A DNA stretch of 64,000 bases from Eledone cirrhosa (taxonomy: Eukaryota): the NCBI GenBank assembly GCA_964016885.1, contig OZ024742.1:273296001-273360000 (forward strand). Reading direction: 5' to 3'. Positions within the stretch are counted from its first letter, which is position 1. Each line of letters begins with the position of its first letter. Below the pieces are notes generated by a model, which did no database searches, was not told where the DNA came from, and saw only the letters and a program-made list of their open reading frames with translations. The position numbers and the translations under genes were made by a program. Below are positions 14,040-26,879 of the stretch, in pieces.

Positions 14040-14780
14040 GATAAAGGATTGGTCAAGAGTTAAGATGGGGATTGAAAGACATCATTGATGCCATGCTCTA
14101 TATTTTTTTTAATTTCCCACCACAAAATGAACCGTGACAAAAACCTGACGCACACACACACACATATAAACACGACCACAACCACACTACACGCACACAC
14201 GCACACGCACACGCACACACACACACGCACAAGCACACACACAGACACATACACAGACACATACACACACACACTATATATATATAGGTTTATATACACA
14301 CTCACACATACACTGTCATACTCTGTAAAACCATATTCCTAAAATTGAATTAATTTGAGAGTCCTATTTGCCTCTCTCATTTACCTCTATCCCAATTGTC
14401 TACAGCCTACAACCCCCTCCCTTCACCCCCCCCATTTAAACTCTTGAACAATCATTTACTACAGTTGAGACTATTCCTAAAATTAATTTCGTTCTGTGAA
14501 AAGACAGAACACTACTACTACTACTACTATGACTACGTCTATATATATATACAGTTCCATTTTAAACCCAGTCTTTGCAACAGGAAAGATGAACAGACCT
14601 TTTCAACACTTAATTTAAAATTTAAAAGTTTTAATTCTTTTTAAAGCTTATTAATTGTAATATCAAACATTTCAAAAGATGGTTTACACTGATACACCGA
14701 AACCAGTTATATTTTATAAACATTATAAAACTCCTTTTCTTTAAAAAAAGAATTGTTTCTCTCATTTCTTCAATAATATC
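14040..14780 (+). mobile_element. Probable Penelope-like 3' end (EN tail, CA-rich tract, degenerate HHR-like motif)
   Basis: Degenerate core ..AAGA-tggt..acc-GAAAC-ca-GTT at about 14670-14710. Lies head-to-head with the 13-kb PLE. Confidence 0.5.
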
Positions 14781-16582
14781 ACTTTGACGAATGCGAGAAG
14801 AAAAACGAAAAACATCCTTAAATATATTTACCGAGCTATTTCTAATTCCACCTCGTTTCTCTCAGTCTCTTTCTCTCTCTATCTCTCTGTATATATATGT
14901 GTGTGTATGTGTGTGCGAGTGTGTGTGTGTGTGTGCGAGTGTGTGTGCGTCTGTGTGCAAGTGTGTGTGTGCGTGTAGATGGTGTAGATGGAGAGAGAGA
15001 GGAAGACGTTTGAGAAATAGGGAAGTGAGTCGGTAATGATTTTTCGTAGATAAACGGAAGGGAACACCTGCTGCATTCATGCTGGCTTTCCTCCAAAATG
15101 ATTACAGATGTTACCAGTACTCCTGGCGATAGTGTTTACGCTCTGGTAGCGGTTCATTTGTACACCAATTTTGGCTGTATGTTGGTCTCTGTTGTCCTAG
15201 AAGTGTCTATTACCTACTTGTGTGAGTGTTTCTTTTTCCTTTCGCTTTTCTTCCTTTTCTTATGTTTGTAACTCAATAAATTAAAACTACATTTGGCATG
15301 ATATTTACACAATTGTGAATAAATTAGTAATTGACAATATGCAGAGAAATTGAACGAAAACTGTAATACACTTTCTTTTGTAATCTGTAAAGTAATCCAT
15401 TATACATTTTGAAATCAATATATATTTAATCAGCATCACGGTAAAATGTTATGAAAATGATATAACGAACGCTATCAGTAGTGAATCTTGAAATAGGAAT
15501 ACATTTTGTATATGAGAATGTCTATGTATAATCAGGAGCTAAGAAATTTAGTAGATAAATTATATACTATTCATATGATATATTCAAAGTAATCCAACAT
15601 ATTTTAATAACGTGTTCAGAAAGAAATATCCCTGACACTATCTTGCAGTTCTCCAATAATTATATATTAGAGGTTAAACCTGTAATATATAGAGGTTAAA
15701 CCTCTTATTTGTATTGTTTGTTCTCAATAAAATTTCATGAGGATATTCAATGGAGATATATTCCACCTGTTATGTGGAGAATTTGTAACCGATAATTTCC
15801 AGTTCTTCTGCAAATGGATGTGATATTTTAGCCATATTGAAACGTGCGTGAAAATGAAAGAATATATCAATTCATATGCTTGACATTTTATATATTTTTT
15901 ATTTTTTATTTGATATATACATATATACATATCAGGTCATCCTATAAGGATGACCTGATATGTTTATATTCCTGCTTGAACCCACTTTCGACAGTAATTA
16001 TCATTTTTATAGAGTGCGTCCGTTTCATTACCCTTTAAAAGACAGTTAGAAAATGGAGCCTTACACATTCGGAGCTTTTTTTTACATCAGTCCAACTGGT
16101 ATCTACTTGTTAAGCTTGAAAATGGTTCAAAGTTCCTCTAAATGGAAATGGAAGGGTGCTGACACAGAATTAACTTCTACTAACTCTTTTATAGCTGCCT
16201 GACTCATGTTTCTATAGCAGCATTTAGAAGAAAATGATCACAAGAGGCAGCGCAACCAAAGTTATGGTCATCATCCAAATCTGTGTTCTGTATCGAAATT
16301 TATTGGAATATCGTTGGAACTTACTAGTATTCAAAAGAACACCTTACACATTTTGCCAATTTTGTACAGTATTTGTAGCACCTGTTGTATTTTGTGAAAA
16401 CGTAACGCATGGCGTGTCTTATGTGTTCTTCTGTGACTTTCCATTTTAGGATTAAAACTTATATGACTACAAGCAGGAAATCCTTTGTTTGAAGCTTTTC
16501 TTTCTCCATCGTATTTATTCAGATGTGGAAAACGCGTGCTAAGATAGGCTGGAATATGTTGGACAAGAACAATGTAAAACTT

Positions 16583-16761
16583 TGGCAGTATCGGTAGAGC
16601 GTCAAACACCATGCTTTGCAGCATAGGAGTTATGATCCTTTACTTTCTGAGTTCAAATCCCGCCAAGGCTAACTTTGCCTTTCATCATTACGGGGTCGAT
16701 AAACTAAAGCATCAGTCTTGCACTAGGGTAATTGTTGGGCTCGTGCCAAAAATAGAAACAT
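16583..16761 (+). mobile_element. tRNA-derived SINE (family S1)
   Basis: A-box tggcagtatcgg, B-box gagttcaaatccc, core ctttgcctttcatc..gtcgataaa. Six copies in the window. Confidence 0.9.
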
Positions 16762-17729
16762 TATTTATGGGATGAGATGATAATTTAAAGTGTTAATTTA
16801 AAATAATTTAAAGTGATAATTTAAAATGATAATTTGTGTAATGGACCAAAACTATTTATCAGATAATTAGTGTTTTCTTAAAAATAAAATTTCCTAAAAT
16901 ATCTCTCCTAAAATTGTGCACAGTATTTTCTGTCAAATTTATCGAGTTGTTTCTGAAAGATTTTTGCAAAAATTCATGTCAAATAATTTCGAAAATATTT
17001 CTCAAATTTATCGAATGTTTTCTTCAATTTTTCCCAAAGTTCTATAAAAAAATGTCTAGAAAAACTTTCCTTAAAGTTTTCTACATTATCGATACAATTT
17101 CAGCATTAGCTTTTCATACTCTGAATGTTTTCAATAGTTTCTGAACTTTTTTTAATCTTCATCAAACCTTTTTAAAAACATTACTGAAGATTTGCCCTAA
17201 AACTTCCCCCCATATTTCACCAAACATGTTCATCAAACGATTTTGAAGTATTTTCTTTCAATTTCTTTGTTTGGAAAAAATTCTAGGTCTTTAAATTATA
17301 TATCGGCTGATTAGTCTAATTTGCATACCGAGCAATTTTACGACGTGAAAACGAATCGAATATTATTATCACTTACGAATACATTTGCGTATCCGCTACG
17401 TTGTAGCGAAAAACCGATTTCTAATTTTGTTTTATCAAGATTAATTTTACCGAATTAAAATTCACAAAAAATTCTTTGAATAATTTCATCAATTTTTTTT
17501 TATGTTTTTCTAAATAATTATTTCAAAAACATTTGGAAATGTTAACTAAAATATTTACGGGATTTGTTTCATTTTAGAAAAACCTTGAAAGGAAAGCTTT
17601 GAAAATATTTTGATAAAATTTTCTGGGGAGAATTTGAGAATATTTTGACTAAAATATTTAGAGGAATATTTTAGGAAAACTTTGAAACATTTTTCAGAAC
17701 AATTTTAAATAAAAAAAATTGATGGTGTT

Positions 17730-18400
17730 GGGAAAGAAGCAGCAGAATGAGGAAGAACGGGGGTTCTTGCTCCAAATGAGCCAGGTGGGGCCGATGCTGT
17801 TATCGATGCTATGCTCTGTATGTAACCGGTTTATTGGGAAAGGATTTATGCCTCAATATAACAGACAAACAATTTGGCGTAGCCAGGGCTCATTCTTGCG
17901 GTTCTGAACACCGAAATTAATTGCTCGTAAATCTCACAGGAGAGTGAGAATGTTGCGAGTGAGAACCAATTCTTCTAGGCGGATAATATGTAGTTGGAGA
18001 CCTGAAGATAAAAGACGAGGAGGTGATGGAAGGTCTGGAAGTTTTCGTCTTGAGGAATGATTGTGTAGAACGATTTGATATCAACTGAAATGGATGGGGT
18101 TAGATCAGTTAAGTAGATGAAAATGTAAATACAGAGAGGACGTGGTGTGTGTTTACTAGAAATGCTAAGATTAAGTTTAAGTAATTGGAAATGTGTTCGG
18201 CGGGGAAGCTATAGCTGTTATCGATAAAATGGCCAAGCGTGTGTATTTTAAGGAAGTGGAAATTTGTGGATATGCAGAGTTTATGAGCAATAAGTTTTGT
18301 GGTGGTGTAATAAGATTGAAAATGCGATAAGTTTGCAATACTGGTCTGGATTAGAGGACAGCAGTCGGTAATTGGGTGGGTTATTCAGATGGCAACACGT
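17730..18400 (-). mobile_element. Highly decayed Penelope-like RT fragment
   Basis: Minus-strand patches VDIKSFYTIIPQDE (motif A), LEELVLTRN, RMSPGYAKLFVCYIE (motif B') and IDNSIG (motif C-like) in the correct order. Confidence 0.7.
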
Positions 18401-19184
18401 GTTCAGTATCTTAAGAGTTTATTTTTAAGTGTAAACAACATAATTCTCTACAGTCGGTAATTAACATTGTCTACTTTTGTTGTTAGAAGCACAATTAATC
18501 TTCAGTGGAACGCGTTTCCATTGAAAACTTGAGATCCCGTAAATATTTAATTTGCAACAAGATAAACACGAAGTTAATATTTCGAGTATAAGCTGCGAAT
18601 ATGAGTTAAGTACGTACACCTTTAATTTGTGTCGCCAAGTGAAATCAATATGATCTCACGCTACAAAAGATATGGTAGTAAAACTTACATCAACTAACAA
18701 ACATAACTTTTAAAGAAAGTGAAATGTCACGTTTTCGACTGCTTTCCTAGGCGTAGTCAATGTTAAAAGAGTCAGCTGAGAAACATATTAGAATATAATT
18801 TCAGAGATCTGGTCTGACGCTCGTTGAAAGAAGTGATATTTTGATAAAATGTAATGGAGCTCGCAGGAGCCCGGTCAAACAACAACGCATCAGCCCTTAT
18901 TGGGATTCATTCTTCTGAGTACTGGTATTCATTTGGTCACCTATATACATTTTCTGGATGAGCATTTCTATGTTTTTAACAGAGAAGAATATGCTGTTGC
19001 ACTAAAATAATTTCATATCCTAATGTTTCGGGTTCGTTTATAGCCTCTCATGATCTGAACACTTGGTACCACTTATGCACAGCGGTAATAGAACTCTAAT
19101 TACGTATATGTTTCTTAAGTTGATGATGACGGGCTATTAAAATTAAACACGAATAATTTGGTATTTCATTACACCAGTATATTT

Positions 19185-19366
19185 GGTTTGGCAATATCGG
19201 TAGAAGGTCGGACGCCATGCTTTGTAGCATAGAGTTACGGACCATTAAGGTCTGAATTCAAATCCCGCCGAGATTAACTTTGCCATTCATTTCTACGGAG
19301 TCGATAAAATAAAGTACCAGTAATGCATTGCTATAATTGCTGGTCTTATGCCAAAAGTAGAAACAG
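19185..19366 (+). mobile_element. tRNA-derived SINE (family S1)
   Basis: Aligns by eye with the 23097-23281 copy. Confidence 0.9.
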
Positions 19367-19514
19367 TTATTTGTAAAGCCTGAACATTATTATTCTCGAC
19401 ATCTGGAAATTAAGAGGAACTTAACTTTTTCAACAAACTACTTTACTTATTCATTGAATCACTTATTAGGACAATGGGATTCATGAGTTAATATATGTAT
19501 ACGACAACTACAAC

Positions 19515-20680
19515 GGTGCGCGATGGGGCCCACCCACAGCCCCGTCGGACAGAATGGAGAAGGCAATTCCCCGGAGGACGGCAAGGGAGACGCTCTGGAA
19601 AAGCCACTCAGGGCTCACACCTGCGGCTGGCCTATGGTGGTGAGTAAGGAGGTAGCCCTGGGGCCGAGGACACCAGAAGTCTCCACTACCAGGGGTACGA
19701 CCGCAAAGCTGTCGGAGAGTGACCGGTATTTGAGAAGATTGGCCACCTCAGCCCGACGTGCAGCAGAACCTGGGTCATTCGCAGACTGCACCAGGTTGCG
19801 GTTGCAGAGAGTGTCGGTGCAAGTGGCATCCCAGACGATGGGTTTGCCACCGCGAAACAGGTAGATGGTCATGCCATCTGGCCTTTTGCTGTCCATTCGA
19901 TCCAGCTCCACCGGCTCGAACTGGGAAGGGAAGCCTGCAGCGTCCAAGCCATGCTTAATGACCTCATTGAGGGCAGCCTGACGTGGATGCGGCCGGCACT
20001 GTGGCGACAGGAAAGCGGGTGGAAGCCGAAAGAGTCTTCGGTGGAACCGCAGCGACATTGTTGTGGCTGGCAGATCCGGAGGCCGAGCCTCAGGGAAACG
20101 CTGATTCGCAGGCTATGGTTGTCTAGCTGCGTGCCAGTGGAGAAGGAGGGCAGGGCATGGAGCCAGGAACCACTGTGGGGTTTGGAGACCCACGAAAACA
20201 AGCAAGGCGGTGGTAGTCGAGCTGGCGCGTGAGCCTGTCTGAGGCCAGGCTGCACTGGATGGCATCCCAAGTGCGTTGGGAGGGGGGACTTGATATGAAT
20301 AGGGGGAGAAGGAGGAGGGACGACTACTGGGCTAAGTCCCAGCCGGTCCCACGTCTCACAGGCGGTCTCACGTTCTCTGAACACAAAGGGTTCTGTTGTG
20401 TTTTGAGGAACCCTGCTGACGAGGACGCGGCACGAGGTTACCGACGAAAGATACGCCGGCAAAGCTAGTAAGATCGGGGGTCGGAGACGAAGGCCGCCAT
20501 ACCTGACAGCTAAAGTTGCCTGTTGCCACCCTATGTCGTCAAACTTGACATTGCAACCTCGGCTGCCGTTCGGATACAAGTATCGTGATCAGCGAGGAGA
20601 AATGTCTGGGTGTAGCATGGAGCGCTTCGGAGTGTATAGAGAAGCTTCGGCATGGCGAAGTCAGTTCCTCAGCAGAAAGA
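19515..20680 (-). mobile_element. CRE-like non-LTR retrotransposon 3' fragment with restriction-like endonuclease
   Basis: WQQATLAVRYGGL, WLHALP..GTQLD, CRCG..HPLSC zinc finger, KRPDGMT..WDATCTDT and VPLVVETSGVLG. One frameshift near 19990. Confidence 0.85.
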
Positions 20681-23096
20681 GTTACATCATAATTACTTTT
20701 CCATACAGAATGTCAAATATTTCACTACTCCCATTTGTCCATGAACATCACAATAATAATTCGCTTTCATAGTAATATTCTTTTATATTATGTTTCCAAT
20801 CGGTACCAGGCATAACATGTGTCACTGCTATGCAGTACACTCTATTATCGATACAAGTACATTCTTGGTTATAAAATGTTCGCAGCCATAGGGGTCTTAT
20901 GTATTGTTGAACACATTGATATTTAAAATCATGGCTTACAATTACAAAATTCAATACATACATTGAATTTGCTCTGTACATTTATCTGTTGTAATATACG
21001 GCAACCTTCAATATTCCAGCTTAACACTGATTTTCCCTTCAATTGTTACTAGGCCTTCACATGCTATTCTACTTTGTAAGAATGTAAAAGTAATTTTTTC
21101 GTATTGCAATGTCTAGACATAGCCAATTTATCGTAGATAGTAACTCCCGTCGTGATCATTTTTTTTTTTTCGTTCACGGTAATGTAATATTTCGGAATGT
21201 TATGTTCTAACATTTAAAAGAAGGTTATCACTGTTCATATAATTAAATCATAGCATAATGTTATTTTCTTTAATTACGTATTTCCAATACACTATATTGC
21301 CAATCGTTTAGACAAACAGTCAAGTTGATCAGTCATCATGTACTTTACGTTTTCTTAGATTAAAAAGAAAAACCAATACGGATTTCATCCTTCTGTAACA
21401 TAATTGAACGGAGTAAGATTTGAAATGCTAATGTTATAATACAAAATATCAGTTCTCGTTTTAATATATAAACAAAGTTAATTTCAAGTCTGTCCACATC
21501 TAAAAGATTGAGCAACCTGCTGTTTACTCTGATTTCGTAGACGTTAAGTGAGCGGGAGTACAAGACTAAACGCTCTCCAATGGATGCTAATTCATTGCAG
21601 GCATGGTATCAAGCTGCCGTTGGCTTTAATTATTATCATTTGTTTTTTGCTGAATAGAATAGAGCGACGGATATGGAATCGAACCCTCGAATTTATGATC
21701 ATGAGCCCAACACATTAACAGTTAGTTCATGACTATTCTGTAATATTTAGAGGGGGAATGTGTTTCAATTCTTTAATGTAATAAATTTACTTATTAATAT
21801 TTAAAATATATTAGATAGCGCCCGCTAGTTCAGTGTACGGCAAAGAAAATATGAATAAGCAGGCTTTTATTCCTCATACTCATTCCTGAATTGTGGACGG
21901 CAAGCATACCTGCGTAGTAAAAGAACAATTGATTGAAAATAACAATGTCTTGATTACGACCACATATCGTGTGATATTGAGCAAATATAGTTTACAATAG
22001 GCACAATTACACCCAATCCTTCTGATAGTAATTGTCAGTGAATAACTGTACGAAAGCCCATTAATGAACTGTTCCATTTTGTCACGCTGTTTCTGCTTGA
22101 GTATTACCTAAATATAATGTTTATGTCACGCAGTTGTTCGGAAAACTTGAATGTGTGTTCTTTGAAATCAGTGGAAGATCCATATCACTTTCTTTTTTAT
22201 CATTGGATGTCAAGTGATGTGAACAATTATACATTTTTGTCATCAAACGAATTGACTATTGTTGTTTTTTTTCTTTTGTATCTGACTTAAGATATATCAG
22301 CTACTGTCGTAGGATGGATTTGTTCGATCAGATCTCTGATAGCAACCCTTCTAATCATGTTATACGTTCATAAGATGTTCGTAATCAAAGAGTGCATCTT
22401 TTCATGCATATTAATGATGAACATATGACTGGAGAAATATATGAATTTTATTCATAGCAACGCGTGGACACTTATAGAATTCCTCTCCTTATGTAGTTAT
22501 ATCAGCAGTTAGTTCTGTAAGCGATATAAGATTATTACGTCTTGTGACTAATATTACCAAGATATGGGAAATGTATTCCAACTATGCTTCATAAGTAATT
22601 TCCATATTTCAGGCAGCAGCGAGCAATTTGATTGCATATCGAGAAAACACAGGTTCCCTATTTGCAATTCATAACAGAATTGGCTCGCCTCTTTATCCAA
22701 TTAATGCGTGCTAAACTACCAGGAACAATAGTATGCCGATCTTCAAAGGCCTCAATTGAAATGCGTCTGGGTTCAAACAATAGTGCTTATTACTTTGATA
22801 GCATCCAAACACAATAGATTCTTCGAATTGATAGAGATCTCGAACAATATTCGACCATTTACTTTTCAATTTCAAATCCAGCTCCAATCAATGTTTTACT
22901 TTTATGTTTCCAGTGCCCAAAATATGAGGTAGAATGTTATAATTAACTAATTTCTCCAACCAAAATATCCGCCCTTATGCCTATATTAGAAACAGGTATG
23001 TTCGTAACATCGTATATTGTTGTACAGGAATTTCTTTAAAACGATGTAAAGAGTGCTACAATGATGTGATATTTATGTTAGTTTGAGTGTCATTAC

Positions 23097-23281
23097 GGTG
23101 GATTGGCAGTATCGGTAGAGGGTCGGACGCCATGCTTTCCAGCATAATTACCTCCCTTTGCGGTCTGAGTTCAAATCCCGCCGAGGTTAACTTTGCCTTT
23201 CATCCTTACGGGTTCGATAAAATAAAGTACCAGTAATGTACTGGGTAATTGATGGCCTTGTGCCAAAAGTAGAAACAATTA
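23097..23281 (+). mobile_element. tRNA-derived SINE (family S1)
   Basis: A and B boxes, conserved core and 3' end gtgccaaaagtagaaacaatt. Confidence 0.92.
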
Positions 23282-23659
23282 TGTAAATTAGTTGATTCGT
23301 ATGATCAAGCATATAGAATGTCATGTCCTCAGCTCTCTTACGTTGCCAACAACCACGTGTTATCTACATATTTCATATCACTGCTGGAGTTTCTATCAAC
23401 ATAAATCAGCAACAACTTCAAGGCTCCCTACTTAGTTAGTCGCAAGTACATTGATAGCGTCAGTACTATTACAATGTCGTCATGTTACGTTTACTTGAGT
23501 GCGGGGATGGTTAACGCATCACCACGGCATAGACGAGGGAACTGGCGAGCTTCTTCACATTCGCTCTAGTCAGACGTACTATGATGTCATTGGTGGCTTA
23601 AAAGAATGTCTTTCACTGATATTTACTCCTCAAATATTACAATTCTGTAGCATAATACA

Positions 23660-23985
23660 ATCAGAATGACCCGGCGTTGCTCGGGATTTGCTCAAAGATT
23701 CTTATATATTTCATATATATTTATCCTTCTCAAGCCTCGTGAAGTAAATACGTTTGGTTATATTTTGTTATTGTGTATGCAAAAACATCTGTACACGAAT
23801 ATATTAATAACAGTACAGAGAAGTACGGAATACCTCGGCCTCAGGTTGGTGTCTACATTTTGTGCTTATAAAAAGTTCGTCGTATATTACCAGGGGTTTT
23901 TTCCGTGCGAAGAAAATCAATAGTTTATCGCGATATAAATACGTTTGTTTATATGTGTATACAAACATATCTGTACACGAATATA

Positions 23986-24055
<70 letters not shown>

Positions 24056-24498
24056 TAACAGATTAAAGTTTAAGCAAAGAATCGCTGCTTTCACCCTTAA
24101 CGGGATCTTCTGAAACTAAAGTTTATAAATCTGTGTACGCAGAAGTAAATATTTCGAAAAACGTTACATACTATATATATATATATGTGAACACACACTA
24201 TATATACATACACACACAGACACCCCTATACACCGTGTCATGATGACGTAATGCAGACAGCCAGGCATACATACGGATATTATAAGGGTGCAACGTAATA
24301 TCTATGTATCTATCTAAAAAGAGAGAGATTAATAGAGAGAGAAAGAGATCGCTAAATCGCCTAATGCATTGAACATTAGAAAACATTTGTAGAGTTTACA
24401 TGTGTAAAGTTTGAAAACAGTCGGCCGGTTGGTTCTCGAGTTTTAGTGATTGTACAGACAGACAGACAAACATACATTTTTTGTTTTAGTAATATAGG
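23660..24498 (-). mobile_element. Non-autonomous Helitron related to 3337-4286
   Basis: Identical hairpin cccggcgttgctcggg near 23670, with a decayed CTAG. (GACA)n and ..atatag at the other end. Confidence 0.7.
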
Positions 24499-24499
24499 T

Positions 24500-24664
24500 A
24501 GTTGTTTCTACTTTTGGCACAAGGCCAGCAATTATCCTAGTGCATTTATCGACCCCGTAAGGATGAAAAGCAAAGTTAACCTCGGCAAGATTGAACTCAG
24601 ACCATAAAGGGCCGTAACTCTTTGCTGCAAAGCATGGCGTCCGACACTCTACCGATACTGCCAG
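24500..24664 (-). mobile_element. tRNA-derived SINE (family S1)
   Basis: Reverse complement of the S1 consensus with a small internal deletion. Confidence 0.9.
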
Positions 24665-26879
24665 CTGAACAGAAATAAGCCTTCAAAGTTTAATATATTC
24701 ATGGACCTAAATTCAAATGTACTTTCTTCTTTTTGTTTGTATTTTTCATAACTTTATGCCATGTTTCTAAGTTTACTTTTCTCAGAATAACTCTGTTAAA
24801 TGAATTAAATATCATGGCTTTTTTACCCAAACATTATGATTCGTGAAAATGAAAACAAAATATTGTTTTTAGCCAATTGTGATATGTTATTATGGTTTAC
24901 ACTGATACTGTAAGTGTGGTAGTTCAGAAGTATGACGGGTGATGTAATTAGTTTTACCTTCATAAGTGTATGGACATGTATATACCTACCTAATTTCATA
25001 AGTTTTCAGGTCATTATTTATATCTGCATTTTACAGTTGCATTGTGCTAGGCTCCCAAAATAATAGTTGTCTCTAGACTTTGTACAATTTGATGAGATTT
25101 AAAACATCTTATGGGTGTAGTGAAGGAGTGTAGATGATTGAATAGGGCATTATGTGTGATAGCATGATATATTTCATTCATAATATCCTCACACGTTTTT
25201 CATAAATATAATAGATGTGCAAAAGTAGAGAAAGATAAAAACAGAGGTAAATGCTTTTCACAAATCCATATACTTCCTTCAATTAAAAGAACAAATTAGG
25301 GTCACCAACAAAAACAAACTCACTTCCTTGAGATACAGAGATACTGCACACAATAAATACAATGCGTTCTGTGTTTTGTTATCGGTTTCTCCGAAATGCA
25401 TATGCAGAGGTAAAGGTCCTTTCGCGACACAGTCTATTTTACCAAGAGAATCTGTGAATCATAGTTTATTCTCATAAAGAAATTGTGTTCTGAATGCTTG
25501 CACTGAATTATCTAATAGGCATTAGGGAAAGTTAAAGAAAACGATACATGATGCATCTGTGATTACTTCATATAAACGGAGAATCACGTCCCAATGCAGT
25601 TTAATTGCATAATGTATTGCAGTGACACATTGTTGGTCTTTCCATTTGTCTCCTTTTTAGGTCAACCAGCAGACTTCTTGCGTTTGTGTTTTCATAAACT
25701 ATATATTTGTGTAACTACAATATCCAAATTGAGCATATCAAGGCTGATAAAAATTAAAGAAATCTAAGAAATTTAACAATTTGTGAAAAAGAAAGAAAAA
25801 GAAAAGTAGAAGCAATATATGAACGATGACTGTACGACAAAGAAATAATAAAAATAGGGGAAACAAAAGGAAAGAAAGAAATGGGAAATATAGAAAATAT
25901 AGGAAAGAAAGAAGAGAGAAATAAAGAAGGAAAAATATCGGGAAGAGGAGGGGATGGCAAGAGCTCTGTTGTCGCAGAAGAGTGGGGAGGGGTGAAGGGT
26001 GGTGGTGATTGGGCTTTGGACCTGGGGCAAGAGGGCAGAAATGCTGCGCCCCGCAACAAAGGCATTCCCCCAGAACAAAGAAAGATTTAAAAGATTTATA
26101 TTACAAACGCCTGGAAAGTAATGGTTTCTAACCATGGAACACCTTCCAAAATACTAGAAATTGATAATCAGCAAATTATGACTTATGGCTGCATTAGCAA
26201 GCTGTCGGAAATAAACTGAAATTCAATGTCATATCCAGAGAGAGGCAAAGGCAGATCGGCGATGCCCACGCGTTCACAGCAGCATGGCAGCATAACACTT
26301 GATTACCAAACCGAATTTGTTAAAAATATATTATATTTGTGTCAGTTTCCTGAAAAATCACGAAAGGAATACAATATTATACATATTCCTTTGATTAGCT
26401 TTAAATATATGGCAAGGGATTATGAATATTTATGGAATACAGCAGGTAAAATGCTATAACACCAGAAATATAGATGAAGTCTTGTTGAACTAGTTAGGAA
26501 TTGTAAAGCAACTAACCAGAGAATGTAATCAGATTGCCCAAAATGACTAAAGTGATAGTTAATCAATAATGTGTTAGAGCTGCCAATAGTGAAATTGTGC
26601 CAAAATTGCCTGCATTTCGGTTGAAAATCTACAGGTTTTAATATTGGATTATAAATACTGAATGACAGTCTACGCTCATGTAACAGTTGATGTGTAAACT
26701 ATATTAGTTATAAATAGTGAGTAATGTGTGAGAAACTTTGTGTCATTAACGAATAAAGAGTGCACCATAATTCCCAGAGAGTAACATACTCAAGAGAAAC
26801 GAAATATATCACAAAGTACATTATGACAAATCTAACACATTCACAGACTTGTTTATTTAATCGTCTTGACAGAGCTGTT

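Noticed and set aside
15040-15220. Candidate host exon on the minus strand (similar candidates near 22610 and 25660)
   Set aside because: Splice-like signals only, with no recognisable protein or consistent gene model.
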